From positions 231,510,001-231,574,000 of the forward strand of contig NC_058368.1 of assembly GCF_018350175.1 (NCBI RefSeq): 64,000 nt of DNA, given 5' to 3'. The stretch is from Felis catus (taxonomy: Eukaryota). The notes beneath the pieces are model-generated. The model searched no databases, had not been told where the DNA came from, and saw only the letters and a program-made list of their open reading frames with translations. Below are positions 36,369 to 49,190 of this stretch, piece by piece. The translations under genes were made by a program, and so were the position numbers. Each line of letters opens with the position of its first letter. Positions within the stretch are counted from its first letter, which is position 1.

Positions 36369-37996
36369 AGCTGACAAGAGTCTAGCATAATTTCTTTAGC
36401 TCTTGTTTTCTGGGAGTAAAGGAAGATGTTAGATAAGGAAAACTTTCTGTATAAGGAGGTGGCTGAAAGGAATGCTAGATTTGGAGCTAGACAAGGGAGG
36501 GCAAGTAACATCAAAGGACTTGGAGAGGTCCGACCAGTTTGGAGAATAATAATGGATGTTTTTTAAACTGACTTAAGCCAGTTAGGGTTTTCTTTTTTGG
36601 GGGAGAGGGGTAGATAATGTAGCCTTCTAAGGGCTAAAGGTGGCTGAAGGTTAGCTGTTCTCTTAACACCTAATGAAGGTTCTAATGTATGTGGGTCTCA
36701 GACTAGATGCTCCCAGATCTTGTGCGTCTTTTGCCAGACAAATGCCTATTAGGAAGAGATCCAAGATCCAACCTGTTGTGTAAGATCCATGAAATCTCAC
36801 TTCCCTGTGCCTTAGGTGTCCCGGTATAACTAGAGAAAGCGACAACAACTTGTCAGAGGCAGGCTTCACCTTTGCAATCGCCTCTGACAGCCCCAAACAC
36901 CCCCCCAACCCCACCCCACCCCCAGCTGGTGGCCAGACCCAGGATACTGCGGGACTCAGTCCTTACCCTATTCCTAAGGTGGCGGGGCGGCCACCACAGA
37001 TCACTCTGGATTCGTATATTCTCTGTAAGAATGGGAATATTTCTGAAATATTATCGCCAGTGCACATACCCTGAAGACCTTTAACTTAACCCAAGAGAAC
37101 CTATTTCTGACATTCGTCATGGAAGTTCCAGAGGCCACCGTTTTTGCCAATAAAGACCCACTGTTTACACTGAGATGCACAATGTAGGTCGGTGGTTGAG
37201 AGCCAGGCAACAGACACCCTGTAGCAGTCCTGCCGGAGAACTGGCTTCCGGACTGGACCTCTATCAGACCACCACTGGACTCTCCAGTTTTTATTAGGGC
37301 AACTGATGCCGCTAGAGTTGGAATTTGAATGAACCGGCCCATCCACAGTATTACACTGTCTCTGATATTACTAGGAGCATTCCAGACAGTGTGATAAAGC
37401 GTTGGTAGCCGGGGCAGCCCTGTTCTGGAATGCCTGGAAGGGCAGATGGCCTATATTGGGTTTGCAAGAGAACAGGTCTCCAACAGTTAGTGTTCACCTC
37501 CAAGGGTTTTGGGGGGAGAAAGCAATCTGAGTTGACCGTGGCACTGATTCCAAAGAAAACGTTGCCTTCCGCATGCAGGCTTTTGGAGGCAGTGCTCTTC
37601 AAGCAAGCAGCCGGACTGCCCTCTGCCTGGCGGACCCGCAACGATGCACGTGGACCGCAGCCTCTTATGTCACCGTGGGGGGTGTTGACTTTCAAAGGCT
37701 ATGGCGGTGCCTTCATCTTGTGCCATTTCCTCTGAAACAGAAGTTATTTTCTCTCACAACTGTGCATCCCATTTCTAATAGCTTATTGATCAAAGCCAGG
37801 GCTACTTTCGGAGCAGAGAGGAAACCAGGAATCTCTTCCCTGTGAGTTAGTTTTCCACCCGAAGGTGCTCGTTTTGAAGTCCCAGCTCTTCCTCACGAGC
37901 CCTTGTGCAGTTACGCCCGCCCCTCCCCGCCCCTTGCACTGGATCCACGTGTAAGCACGAGAAAGTCAAAGGCTTTGGTCTCAAGGTGTGGAGCGA

Positions 37997-38196
37997 GGGG
38001 TGCCCGGGTGGCTTAGTCGGTTGAGCGCCTGACTCTTGATTTCGGCCCAGGTCATGATCTCACGGTGTGTGGGTTTGAGGCCCGCATCGGGCTCCACACT
38101 GACTGTGCGGCATTCTCTCTCTCTCTCATTCTCCCTCTCTCTCTGCCCCTCCCCCCCTTCTCTCTCTCAAAATAAATAAATAAACTTAAAAAAAGA
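37997..38196 (+). mobile_element. CanSINE
   Basis: SINE head, body and tail. Confidence 0.9.
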
Positions 38197-38611
38197 AGGG
38201 GTTTGGAGCGGGCAGAAGTTGTTCTTGGGCTCCTCAGTCTCAACTGTACTGCTGCTCGTGAAGAAGTGTCCCCACCATTCTGTGGCCTTCTTTATGATGT
38301 TAGCTGTTTATGCGGACCGCTTTTAGGCATTCATGTTACAAATTTCAGGAAAATGTGGAACCTCATGCAGCAAGCCAGAAAGCTTTATTCTCATGCTTTT
38401 GGGTGGCAGTCGGCATAAGGCAACTTTGCTTTACATCTTGGCCCAACGGAACCACACCAAGGAACCTGCTGGGAAACGGTGTCACCTACAAGGGGGTCCC
38501 CTGGCATGCGGGCTGACGACGTCACTTTAGGGGTCTGCGTTGTCCAGCAACTCCGTTCCTGGTCCGCCTTAGGATCTCCACGCGACCAGAGTGGAATTAA
38601 GTTAACTTACC

Positions 38612-39008
38612 TGTCCTTGTCTGCTGGGGCTGCCGTAACCAAATACCGCAGATCGGGTGGCTTGAAAGGCGGTTTATTTCCTCCCAATACTGGAGCCTAG
38701 GGGTCTAGGACTAAGGTTTGGTTTGTTTGCTTCCGAGTCTCTCCCTGCGGTTGGCCGATGCTGCCTTCTCCTCATGTCCTCCTCACACAGCCTCCTCCTG
38801 TGTGTGTATTCCCTCCGTCTCTTCTTGTGTATTCATCTTTCCTCTTCCTAGAAGGACACCCGATTGTATTAGGGCCCTCGCTGTAGACCCCACTGTAATT
38901 TAATTACCTCTTTACAGGTCTTATCTCCAAGTACAGTCATTCTGAGGTTATGGGGGTTAGGGTGTCAACCTATGAATTTGGGGAGGGGAACAATATCCCG
39001 CCCATAAT
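38612..39008 (-). mobile_element. MaLR LTR (MLT1A-like)
   Basis: GGGCTGCCGTAACCAAATACCGCAGATCGGGTGGCTT...ATGAATTTGGGGAGGGGAACAAT. Confidence 0.8.
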
Positions 39009-39461
39009 GCCTACAGATATTAGTACAGGTATCAGTAATGACTATACTCACTTCCTTCCAGCAACTTGGAGCTATCTTATCACTTTCTGTTAAACCTCAA
39101 AGCTCCGTAAGTGCTTGAAGGCTATGCAAGGGGTGGCATGTCACAGGCACTCTTCTCAGACCCATCTGATCTTCGACCTCCAAGCAGCTTTTAAAGGCAC
39201 AGATTCACGGGACCCTCCTTCTCTCCCTCCAGGAGTCTAATGCAGTAGACAGGCCTTAGGGATCTCCACTGTCTTTATGAAATAGAAAAGTCCCTTAGGG
39301 CACAGAGGTACGAATAGGAAGATGCATTGTCTAGAAGTCCCTTCTGGGGAGGGGCCGGAAACCAGAGTGGGAAGAGAATGGTATAATTGTTACACACCTG
39401 ATGCTGTTCGGATTTCTTCTTATGTGCGTTTTTACTTTTTCAATAAGTACATACTAATTCA

Positions 39462-39685
39462 GGGGCACCTGGGTCGCTCAGTCGGTTAAGTGTCCAACTT
39501 TGGCACAGGTCATGATCTCACAGTTTGTGGGCTTGAGCCCCGCATCAGGCTCTGTGCCAACAGCTCAGAGCCTGGAGCCTGCTTTGGGTTTTGTGTCTCT
39601 GTCTCTCTCTGCCCCTCCGCTGTCACTTTCTGTCTCTGTCTCTGTCTCTCTCTCTCAAAAATAAACATTAAAAAAATTTAAAAAC
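39462..39685 (+). mobile_element. CanSINE
   Basis: SINE head, body and tail. Confidence 0.92.
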
Positions 39686-40134
39686 TTCAAGAGGTATTTG
39701 CTAATTTAAAATAAAGACCTTTTTTTTTTTTTCAAGTGGATCTTTTGAGAAATCCAACTGAAAAGCCATGGCTGGATTAACCTTGGGGTCTGGAAGCTTA
39801 CAGTTAAAGATCAACACCCATCTAAATTGCAGAGCTTGGAGATGTGGCCTCTGCCGGGTTTGGGCGGAGGCAGGACAGATGGACAGACTCACAGAAAAAA
39901 GCACAGGTTGCTCAGGTGACCTATGAGATTACGGACAGAGGAAAGCATAAAATGGAAAGCCAGGCCAACCAAGGCATCACCATATTTGCAGTGGAAGGCA
40001 GGAGGCAGGACCTGCCAAGACGCCTGAGACACGAGGCTCAGTGGTTCTCACGCTGGATGCACAGAAGAATTATTCGTGAACCTTCCAGGAAGTCTGGTGG
40101 ATTTCACTGGGGTACAGTTGCAAACATTAGCAGT

Positions 40135-41191
40135 TTATTTATTAGTGTTTAAAATTTAGATTCATGTTAATTAACATATGGTGCAGTATTGGTTTGGGGA
40201 CTAGAGTTCAGTGATTCATCGCTTACGTATAACACCCAGTGCTCATCCCAACAAGGGCCCTTCTCATCACCCATCACCCATTTAGCCCAATCCCCCACCC
40301 ACCTCCCCTCCAGCAACCTTCAGTTTGTTCTCTATATTTAAGAGTCTTTTATGGTTTTTCTCCCTCTCTGTTTTTATCTTATTTTATCTTCCCTTCTCTT
40401 GTGCTCATCTGTTCTGTTTCTTAAATTCCACATATGAGTGAAATTGTATGATATTTGTCTTTCTCTGACTGATTTATTTCACGTAGCATAATACCCTCTA
40501 GTTCCATCCACGTTGTTGCAGATGGCAAGATTTCATTCTTTTTGATTGCCGAGTAATATTCCGTTGTGTATATACACCACATCTTCTTTATCCACTCATC
40601 AACTGATGGACATTGGGCTCTTTCTATAATTTAGCTATTGTTGATAGAACTACTATAAACATTGGAGTGCAGGTGCCCCTTTGAATCAGTATTTTTGTAT
40701 TCTCTGGATAAATGCCTAGTAGTGCAATTGCTGCATCGTAGGGTAGATCTATTTTTAATTTTTTGAGGAAGCTTCACACTATTTTCCAGAGTGGCTGCAC
40801 CAGTTTGCATTCCCACCAACAGTACAAAAGGGTTCCCCTTTCTCCACATCCTCTCCAACATCTGTTGTTTCCTGAGTTGTTCGTTTTTGTCATTCTGATG
40901 GGTGTGAGGTGGTATCTCATTGTGGTTTTGATTTGCGTTTCCCCAATGATGAATGACGTAAAGCATCTTTTCATGTGTCTGTTAGCCATCTGGATGTCTT
41001 CTTTGGAAAAGTGTCTATTCATGTCTTCTGCTGCACAGTGAAGGAAACAATCAATGAAACTAAAAGGCAACAGACAGAATGAGAAAAGATACTGGACAAT
41101 GAATATGGGATCAAGAGTTAGTATGCAAAGTCTATAAAGAACTTATCAAACTCAACACCCCAAAAACAAATAATTAAGAAATGGGCAGAAG
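40135..41191 (-). mobile_element. Carnivore L1 3' ~1 kb with 5' inversion (41031-41191 on +), apparently inside a MER5-like element
   Basis: The minus-strand ORF2 C-terminal peptide is [22 protein letters not shown]...[26 protein letters not shown]. Orientation switches at ~41031. Confidence 0.88.
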
Positions 41192-41999
41192 TGTTAGTTT
41201 CTAAAGGCTGCCCAGGTGATCTGATGTGGGGACACGGCCTTGACTGGAGCACGATCAGTGGTCATGTCTACCTTGCACACTCCTGGGATTGACCACAGGA
41301 CAAATCAATTCAGAGCTCCACGATCAGTTTATTCCTTATCAATGAAGCAATAAGGAAATAGAAGTGGGCCTTAGTCTTCTGGAGAAGATCTGTCTCCTTG
41401 AGTGTAAGACTCTTGTACCTGGCCCAAAGCCAGCTTCCGCTGTCCCAGCCAGCCAGAGGGGAGGTTCCGAAGGAAACAATGGGCAGAGAAGATGCTTTTC
41501 CCCAGGAAATTTTAGATATGGGGTGATGGGGTGCCAAAGGTGGGGAATCAAGGAGAGGACATGTAGTAATATATCTAGCCTAGAACATTGGTCATCAATC
41601 TCTCCTGTATGTTGGCATCTCTGGGCTTTAAGCACTACTCTTACCTGGGTTTCTCCCGAGAGTGATATATATGGTACAGGGCTCATCCCGGGCACCAGCG
41701 TTTTCTGAACTTCCCCAAGTGATTCCGATACGAAGGGGAATGTTAGAACTGCTGGCTCATCAATGACGTAGTTGGAAAAGAAGGAATGGAAAGAAAAACA
41801 CCACAATGTCCAGGAATTGTTGCAGGAAGAGGTCTCCAAAGCTTGAGAAACAAGCAATAAGGTCATTGGGCTACGAGGTGTGAGGAGGGATCCATTAGAT
41901 TCCTCAGCACATTTGAAGTTCATTTCACATTTCAGAGACTGAGCCTGGGATACTCAGATCAGGATGTCTTCCACAGCCTCCCTACAGGGTGGCCCTCCT

Positions 42000-42209
42000 T
42001 TTTTGTTTATTTATCTATTTATTTTGAAAGAGAGAGAGAGAGAGAGAGAATGGGGGGGGAGGACAGAGAGGTAGAGAGACAGCACCCCAAGTAGACTCCA
42101 CACTGTCAGCACAGAGCCCAACACAAGGCTCAATCTCACAAACCGTGAAATCATGACCTGAGCCAAAATCAAGAGTCAGGTGTTCAACTGACTGAGCCAC
42201 CAGGCGCCC
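42000..42209 (-). mobile_element. CanSINE
   Basis: Reverse SINE body. Confidence 0.9.
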
Positions 42210-42759
42210 TTTGAGCTTTGAACCTAAGCCAAAGGTTGGCTGCCTCAGAGAAGGTAAGATAGAACAGAGGAAGAAAAATCCTGAAATCTGCCTATTCTGG
42301 GTCAGAGGATTGTGGGGAGAGGTATTGACAGAGGGCAGAGAAGGGGGAGTGTGCTGGCACCTCACAGATTCTGGCCGAGTGGGGATAATCCGAATATATA
42401 ACAACCAGCACAGAACCCGGGTCTGGGGGAGGAGATGTGGGACAGGGACATTGGAAGACTTGGGGTCCAGGTGTCCTCTCATATTGTAACGACTGGTCCC
42501 GCTGTACTCCGTGCTGGTTGAGGTGTGAGCCCTGGTCTCATACCTGTTCTCTGAGTGTCTGTCCGCAGAGAAGGGCATGCCGGGTGAGTCAAGGCAGTGA
42601 CACTATCAGCTTCTGGAAGCAAAGCACCCACGTAGAGACAAGTACCCTCAGTGGGTTAACACAGTCTAGGAGAGGCAGGTCAGAGCACAGCAGAGTCCTC
42701 TCCAGCCACCTTCGGGGCCCATACCTGTAGGTGGGACCCAATGTATTCACATGCCCCTG

Positions 42760-43250
42760 GCCCCAAAGAGCTTTGTTGATACGGGTTATATCTAGGAAAG
42801 TTTACTGTATTCGAAACTAATTTTTAAAAAATATTTAATGATTTATTAAAGACAACAATTATAAGTCTACTACATGGCAATATAAATAACATAATTCTAT
42901 GAAGAGTGTTAGGATTCTCCAAAACAAAAATATTTGGTGAGAGATTGGCATGGGTTTACTTTTATGTTTGCCTGTCTCTTTAATGGAAGTTAGCTACATT
43001 CTCCTATATGCTGCCGTATCCAGTCTTGCCTATATGTGGTTTTCTAGATACATACGTGGCTGTTAAGGAGAATATTTAATGGGTTTTTTTTCCTCAGATA
43101 ATTGTGGATATTCTTCTTTGATATTGCATAAAAACGCCACTGCAGATTAGTGGAGAATAAGATTTAAGAAGCCAAATAATGACTTAATATTATTACAGAA
43201 ATAGCTCCGTGGAGGTCTGACAGGGTCATAGGACCTCAAGGAGGCCCCAG
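42760..43250. mobile_element. hAT-Charlie (Charlie1-like) DNA transposon fragment
   Basis: CCCCAAAGAGCTTTGTT...GGGTTATATCTA and an AT-rich body recalled from Charlie1. Confidence 0.5.
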
Positions 43251-45162
43251 ATGACACTGGATTTGGGGGGGCTGCAGAAGGGAGCCCGTGAAAGAGGGTG
43301 GGTTCCAAGAGAACCTTGCATAATCAACTGTGGTTTTACGTCCACGTTTCTTCGCTCTGTGTGCCTCTTTATCTTGTTTGCAGAATCCTTTGTTAAGGCT
43401 AATATGTGGGTATAAGTAGGTCACAGTGGCCTTTAAAACCAGAGCCGGGCAATTTCACCAGGTCAGTAATTTAAACTTTGAATTGTTAAAAGAAAAAAAA
43501 AAACCCCACTAAAGCAAGGCCAAGTAAAAATGATTCTTTTACATGGACGCTCACATGTTTAAAGTGGTAGTTTTTATAGACCTCCCGTCTTGCTGATTCT
43601 GAACATTTTTTTCTTTATGTCGCTTTTCAGAGAACAGATCAGAGTCTCAAATTATGCTTGGCAGCTAGGCTGCGCAATATTCGTTATTATTTTAGGATGG
43701 CGAAGTGAGCCATGGAAGGACGCACGTGGTGGGCTTCGGAGGCTGGGGTGGAGGTCGTGCTGCAGGCCAGTGGTAGCTACCAGCGGATTAAACCACAAGA
43801 ACACACGTAGGGAACACACAGAAAGGGCCACGGGCTTAGATGTTGCTGGGGCAGAGTTCCTTAAGGGCCAGGCAGACTAGGTCTTGGGGTGAACTGGGAG
43901 CTGAGTCTTATAACAGGCAAGGATGAGGTTATGGGCAAGTGTGGGGATAAAGCGCCTGAGTCGGGGTTACGGTGGATTAGGAGTTGGTGCCCTTAACCAC
44001 CACGTAGTGTCTTTTGTGAGAGAAGCGTCTCCTGGTTTCTTTTTCTCTTGCCACCTTCATTTCCACGGCAGATATTCCCAACTCAACTTGGCCATTAAAT
44101 TGGGGGATTTCTGATGCGTGGATCGTGGGTCCCTTTTTCTTTCTACCTTGTGCTTAATCCTTAGGGTGTCTTCTTTGTGGGTGTCCACGACTTCATTATG
44201 GCTTAAATCCGGTTTATGTCTTTAGCTCTGACTTTGATATTGAACAGCCTACTTGATGTTATTTTTCCTGGAATAGCTCAAATATACCTTCTGCCTCACT
44301 TGTCTGAAAGCAGACTCATGCTTCTCCATCAAGCCTGGCCTTCTTCCTGTCTTACAGACTTCCATGAACGTCACCACTGACGGCTTCTATTAGAGACTTC
44401 GGAGGCCTCCGTGGCCCTCTCGCTCACTCCGCCTATGCCGAATCCCCTCCCCAGTTCCGAGGACCCCGTGTCTGCTTCTCTCAGACTCCACACCTCCTCC
44501 AGGCCTGCCCGGGATGCCATCCTCTCTTGGGACTTCTGCACCTGCCTCTGAACACCTCTTAGCATCCACTGTTGCCCCAACACAGCCTGCCCCACACAAT
44601 AAGGTCAGAATCACCCTCCGAAAATGCAAAGATGTGAATCTGGTTAGGCAGTCTGCCCTCACGATGAAAAACAGTGACCCCCCCCAAAACCTACTGTGAG
44701 GATTTATTTCAAAGTGTAAGCTCAGTGGCTTAACTCCAAACGGAAATCCCTCTTTTTTGGTGGAACGTAGGCTTCGGACTGGGTTTGGGTCTTTGACCTG
44801 TGGCTGGCTGCCCGGAGTCTCCCCCCATGCATGTAGGGTCCAGGCTCAGCCAGACCTGCGGGAAGGGCTTGTGCACAGAACCTGGGGCTCTCCTTCTCAG
44901 ATATCACCCTTTGCTTCCTACCTCCTGTGGCTGCCCCATCTATGCCTCTCCGTCTTCAATCCATGAAGACTGCAAATTTTCATCTGCTCCCACATGGCCT
45001 CCACTGGGCTCTGCCCTCAGAGTAAAAGAAAAACACAAGGAGACCCACCAGATCCTTTCTTTTTTTTTTAATATCAACACCCACCCTCCAGTGAGTGTCA
45101 GCCTGCTTTAGTCCCTCTCCAGGCCTCAGGCAGTTGCTTATTATATCCGGTCCTGGGTTTGT

Positions 45163-45164
<2 letters not shown>

Positions 45165-45219
<55 letters not shown>
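45165..45219. repeat. 55-nt poly(T) tract
   Basis: Directly visible. Confidence 0.95.
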
Positions 45220-45222
<3 letters not shown>

Positions 45223-46075
45223 GCTTAAGGGACTTTTTTATAGTTTGGGGGATGGTTGGTCCGTTAGGAGCTACTGAGCCATTATTGGAAGTGCAAACTG
45301 AAATTTCAGATTCCCGAGCTGGCCTTCAAGCTCATGCACAGCCTGTCTTTTACTGGCTCCTGCGTATTCATCCCAGAAATGCTCCCCCAATGCTCTTTGT
45401 TTTCATCCCACTCGCCTCTTGCCGCTTCCTCAAAGGTGCCACCCTCCTTCTGCCATCTTGGCATCGTCCGTGCCTTCTTTCCCGTCAGCCTGAGTGCGCT
45501 CTTCCGTTCCTCCCCTGGCCTCACCTCCACGCGGTTGGAGACGGAAGCTTTTCACTTGGAGAAGTCAGATGTGGCCAGCAAAGCCTCCTTGTCTCCCCTT
45601 AGGTCATCCCCCTGTTGTATATTCCGTGAGCACCCTGGACATTTGCTTTGTAGCACTTACTCACTTGGCGTTCATTTCCAGAACTCTGATTCATCGCCAT
45701 TCCCCCAGTGGGGCTAGTGAGATCTGGGGCCGTTTTCTCACCACTGTGTACAATACCAGGCGTACCCCACAAAATGCTCCCCGAGCAATCTACATGTTTT
45801 GTACATAGGCTCTCCATGCATGCATTATGGATGGATTACGCTTTTTTTATCTTTTAACTTTTTATTAGTAATGCACATGCCACCATTACAGTGTTACGTT
45901 GTTCTGTATTTGTCTATACGTTTACCCTTACCGGAGAGACTCGCACTTTCCTGTGCCTTCCTGCTGCTTAGCTTGATTTGGTTTCAATCGGAAGAACTTC
46001 CTTCATCGTTTCGAGTGTGGGCAAACTCCCTGAGGTTTTGTTTCTCTGGAAAGGACGTTCTCTTCATTAAAAAAA

Positions 46076-46233
46076 ATTTTGTTAATGTTTACTTATTTTT
46101 GAGAGAGAGAGAGAGAGCGCATGAGTCGGGGAGGAGAAGAGAGAGAGGGAGACACAGAACCTGAGGCAGGCTCCAGGCTCCGAGCTGTCAGCCTGACGCG
46201 GGGCTCGAACCCAGGAGCCATGAGATCATGACC
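46076..46233 (-). mobile_element. 5'-truncated CanSINE
   Basis: Reverse SINE lacking the head; stops at AGATCATGACC. Confidence 0.85.
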
Positions 46234-47259
46234 TATGGGGAGGCTAGGCAGGGAGACAGGGGCACAGGAGCAGGAAGGGTGGTCTAGGTGGAGAGAAGTC
46301 CTGGTGGGACTGGGAGGTCCCGGTGGGGCTGGAGAGTGGGAGAGACTCGGTGTCATGGGTCAGGCCTGTGATTCTTGCTGGACAGCCCGCCTTTGGTCTA
46401 AGCCCCAGCTGTGCCGATCTACTTATGACTGGCCCACTGCCCAGGGCAATGTCCACCCTCCAGCCTCTGCCCGTGGTCCTGGCCATGTTGCTTGGGTTCT
46501 CACCCCTTTCCTGGAGTACTCATCTTTAGCTTTCGAGATTCTGCTCAAAATTCCATCTGTTGCCTTTTCTTTTCAGGCAGACTGGCCCCTTTCTTTTTTA
46601 TGCCTGTGTTGAATCCACACATAATCCTATTTTTCTGGTTAACGCCTCATATAGCTGATCGCAATGGCTTCTTTTCAGGTTTTCCCCTGCTGGACTGTAA
46701 ACTCCTCCGGATAGCTTCATGTTTCAGTCAGCCTTGGCCCCTACTACTAGCTCAATGGCAAGCACACAGTAAAGGTTGCAGAGATGGTTATGGTTGGATC
46801 ACATGAATAAATGAGGGACAGATGGTCAGGTGTGGCTCAGGTGGTTGGAACACCACCTTTGATGTGCAGAGCGCGGGGAAGTCTCGCGTGACAAATGGTA
46901 AGGATGACAAACCATCGTGTCGATAACCAAAGGTCAATGGAGTGAACGTGGTAACGGAGGTAGGAGGAAAACGATTTGAATTTCTCTGTGGTCAGAGTGC
47001 TGAAGAAGCAGGGAAGGACCGGATGGGATTTGTGGAGAGATCAGGTGTGAGGCACGTTTGGAAATCATTGGAAATCTTTGGAGTGGAACGGAAGACTCAT
47101 ATTCAGCGGCTTTGCACTAATATGGTCATGTAGGTTGTTAATATGAACTAGTTGCATACTAGCGGGCAGTAGATGCAGTAAAGAATAAGTGTAATTGGTA
47201 TCTGTGTACGTGGTGTAATGAAGTTACCACGCAGTGAAAATCAAAGCGATGGCTGGGCA

Positions 47260-48120
47260 CAGACCATAGACGCTCTCCAGTCCTGCTGATCTGGTGTAAA
47301 TCGGTCCCGTTACTTTAAATTTTTTTTTCAACGTTTATTTATTTTTGGGACAGAGAGAGACAGAGCATGAACGGGCGAGGGGCAGAGAGAGAGGGAGACA
47401 CAGAATAGGAAACAGGCTCCAGGCTCTGAGCCATCAGCCCAGAGCCGACGCGGGGCTCGAACTCCCGGACCGTGAGATCGTGACCTGGCTGAAGTCGGAT
47501 GCTTAACCGACTGCGCCACCCAGACGCCTGGTCCCGTTACTTTAGAAGACACTTTGGCACTATCTATTCAAGTGAACACACACGTATTTTATGCCCCAGC
47601 AATTTTACTCCCAACAGTGATGTGTGCACGGGTGCACCAAGGGACGTGCATGAGAATGTTCCCAGTGGTGTTAGTCGTAATGTTCCTATAAACTTGGAGC
47701 AACCCAAGTGTCCATCAATAGTAGAGTGGGTACATTTTGGTAAATCCATGCAGTGGACTTCTATAAAGTCGTGAGGACTGGTGAAATACCTCAGCATGAG
47801 ACAACATGGGTTGATCTCACAAATGATGTGAAAAGAAGGAAGCCAGATAGAAAAGAATATCGTGCTGGGAGATTACCCATTTATATGGAGCATAAGAGCA
47901 AGGAAAACTTGCGTGGTGTTAAAGGCAACAAGTTACATTTGGAGGGAAGATGGGGGGAAATAATTGGGAGGAGGCTCGAAGGGGCTTCTGGAACTTGGAC
48001 GTGTTCCATTTCTTGACGTAGGTGATGGTTACGTGGATGTTTTACCTTTTGATAACTCGTTGAAATATACACATAGGCTGTGTAAGGTCTCCATCTGTGT
48101 GTTAAACTGCAATAAAAGAC
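47260..48120 (+). mobile_element. Old L1 (L1ME-like) 3' end containing a young SINE at 47318-47529 (-)
   Basis: L1 3' motifs (AACCCAAGTGTCCATCAATAGTAGA); SINE TSD GGTCCCGTTACTTTA at 47303-47317 and 47530-47544. Confidence 0.8.
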
Positions 48121-48964
48121 CTTATTTTTAAAATATAAACAATATTTTATATTTTAGTAAGAGGACATGTACCATCCTCCGCTTTCTTAATATCATCATT
48201 TCTCTGTGAGGAACCAGTTTTTTGATGCTGTTCATAATTTTATTGACTTTTCTTCCCCATAATCTTTTTCTTTATTCATTTGCAAGTGGGTTTTCAAGTG
48301 ACTACTTTGATCATTCGAATCTGCGTTTTATATTTTATATGCAGTTATCACACAAATGCTTTCCTTCCTTCAAAGGTGAATTTGCTGCAATGTCTTCCTT
48401 CTCCCACCACCAGCTTTTCTGACTCAGTGGTACATGTTCTCCAACATTAGTTTTCAGTGGATCAACTTATTCTTCTTCTCTTAAAGGATAAATTTACATT
48501 TTAATTGAATGCTGGTATAAAACAATTGATAAAACTACACCTTCTCAAACTTTATCTTTTTTTCCCCTCTGACTTAGATCATTCTAGTTCAATTTCTTAA
48601 AACATCCAGACCTAACACCACCACATAACTGAAAAATGTTTGATCAGAGTCAATTAGAGCAGTGTTGCAGAAACAGAGCTATGGTATATTATAGCGAGAG
48701 ATTGGATTCTATTACACTAAATAATTTGTGTTGCGCCTACAGTGATATCTACATAAAGCAAATGAAAAGAATTAATATTCTCTCTAGTTAGCCAAGTCAG
48801 CAGCCTTTGAATTTCAAAGTGATCACAAATCTTGTACTTTTAACCAAATGGCTGTGCTTATATTTAACTTTCCTTTAAAAAAGATATCATAGCTTCATAA
48901 TGATTGTCAAAAAATCGAATGTCATCGACTATGTATAATATATGCAACATCGGGCGGGGGGGGG

Positions 48965-49190
48965 GCAGTACAGTGCACTGATAGAAACATAGGCTTGGGA
49001 TCACACGGCTGGGGTTCGAATCCCAGCCTGTAGCTGAGTGACCTTGGGTGAGTCACTTATCGTTTTGACACTTCAGTTTCTTTGTCTGGAAGAATGGTTC
49101 CCTTTCTGTAAAAGATGAAAAGAGTTATGAATGCACAGCCCGTGGAATGGTGCCTGGTACACAGTGGGCACTCAATGAGTACTTGCTGTT
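48965..49190 (+). mobile_element. MIR SINE
   Basis: GGTTCGAATCCCAGC B-box; GTGACCTTGGG...CAGTTTC core; GTGCCTGGTACACAGTGGGCACTCAAT end. Confidence 0.8.

Noticed and set aside
37350..37395. Hairpin containing ACACTGTCT(GG), resembling miR-200a/miR-141
   Set aside because: Only about 11 nt match, the seed start differs and the rest of the precursor is absent.
36650..37740. Possible retroviral env or other endogenous viral coding relic
   Set aside because: No diagnostic motif (furin site, immunosuppressive domain, CX6CC) and no flanking paired LTRs.
40631..41070. ORFs with real protein similarity (also 51114-51380)
   Set aside because: L1 ORF2 C-terminal fragments of truncated elements, not host genes.
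41339..41923. Longest ORF (194 aa, minus strand)
   Set aside because: No recognisable domain or exon structure, and it partly overlaps a MER5-like relic. Length alone is not evidence in mammalian DNA.
49010..49030. tRNA T-loop-like GGTTCGAATCCC
   Set aside because: It is the B-box of a MIR element, with no cloverleaf.
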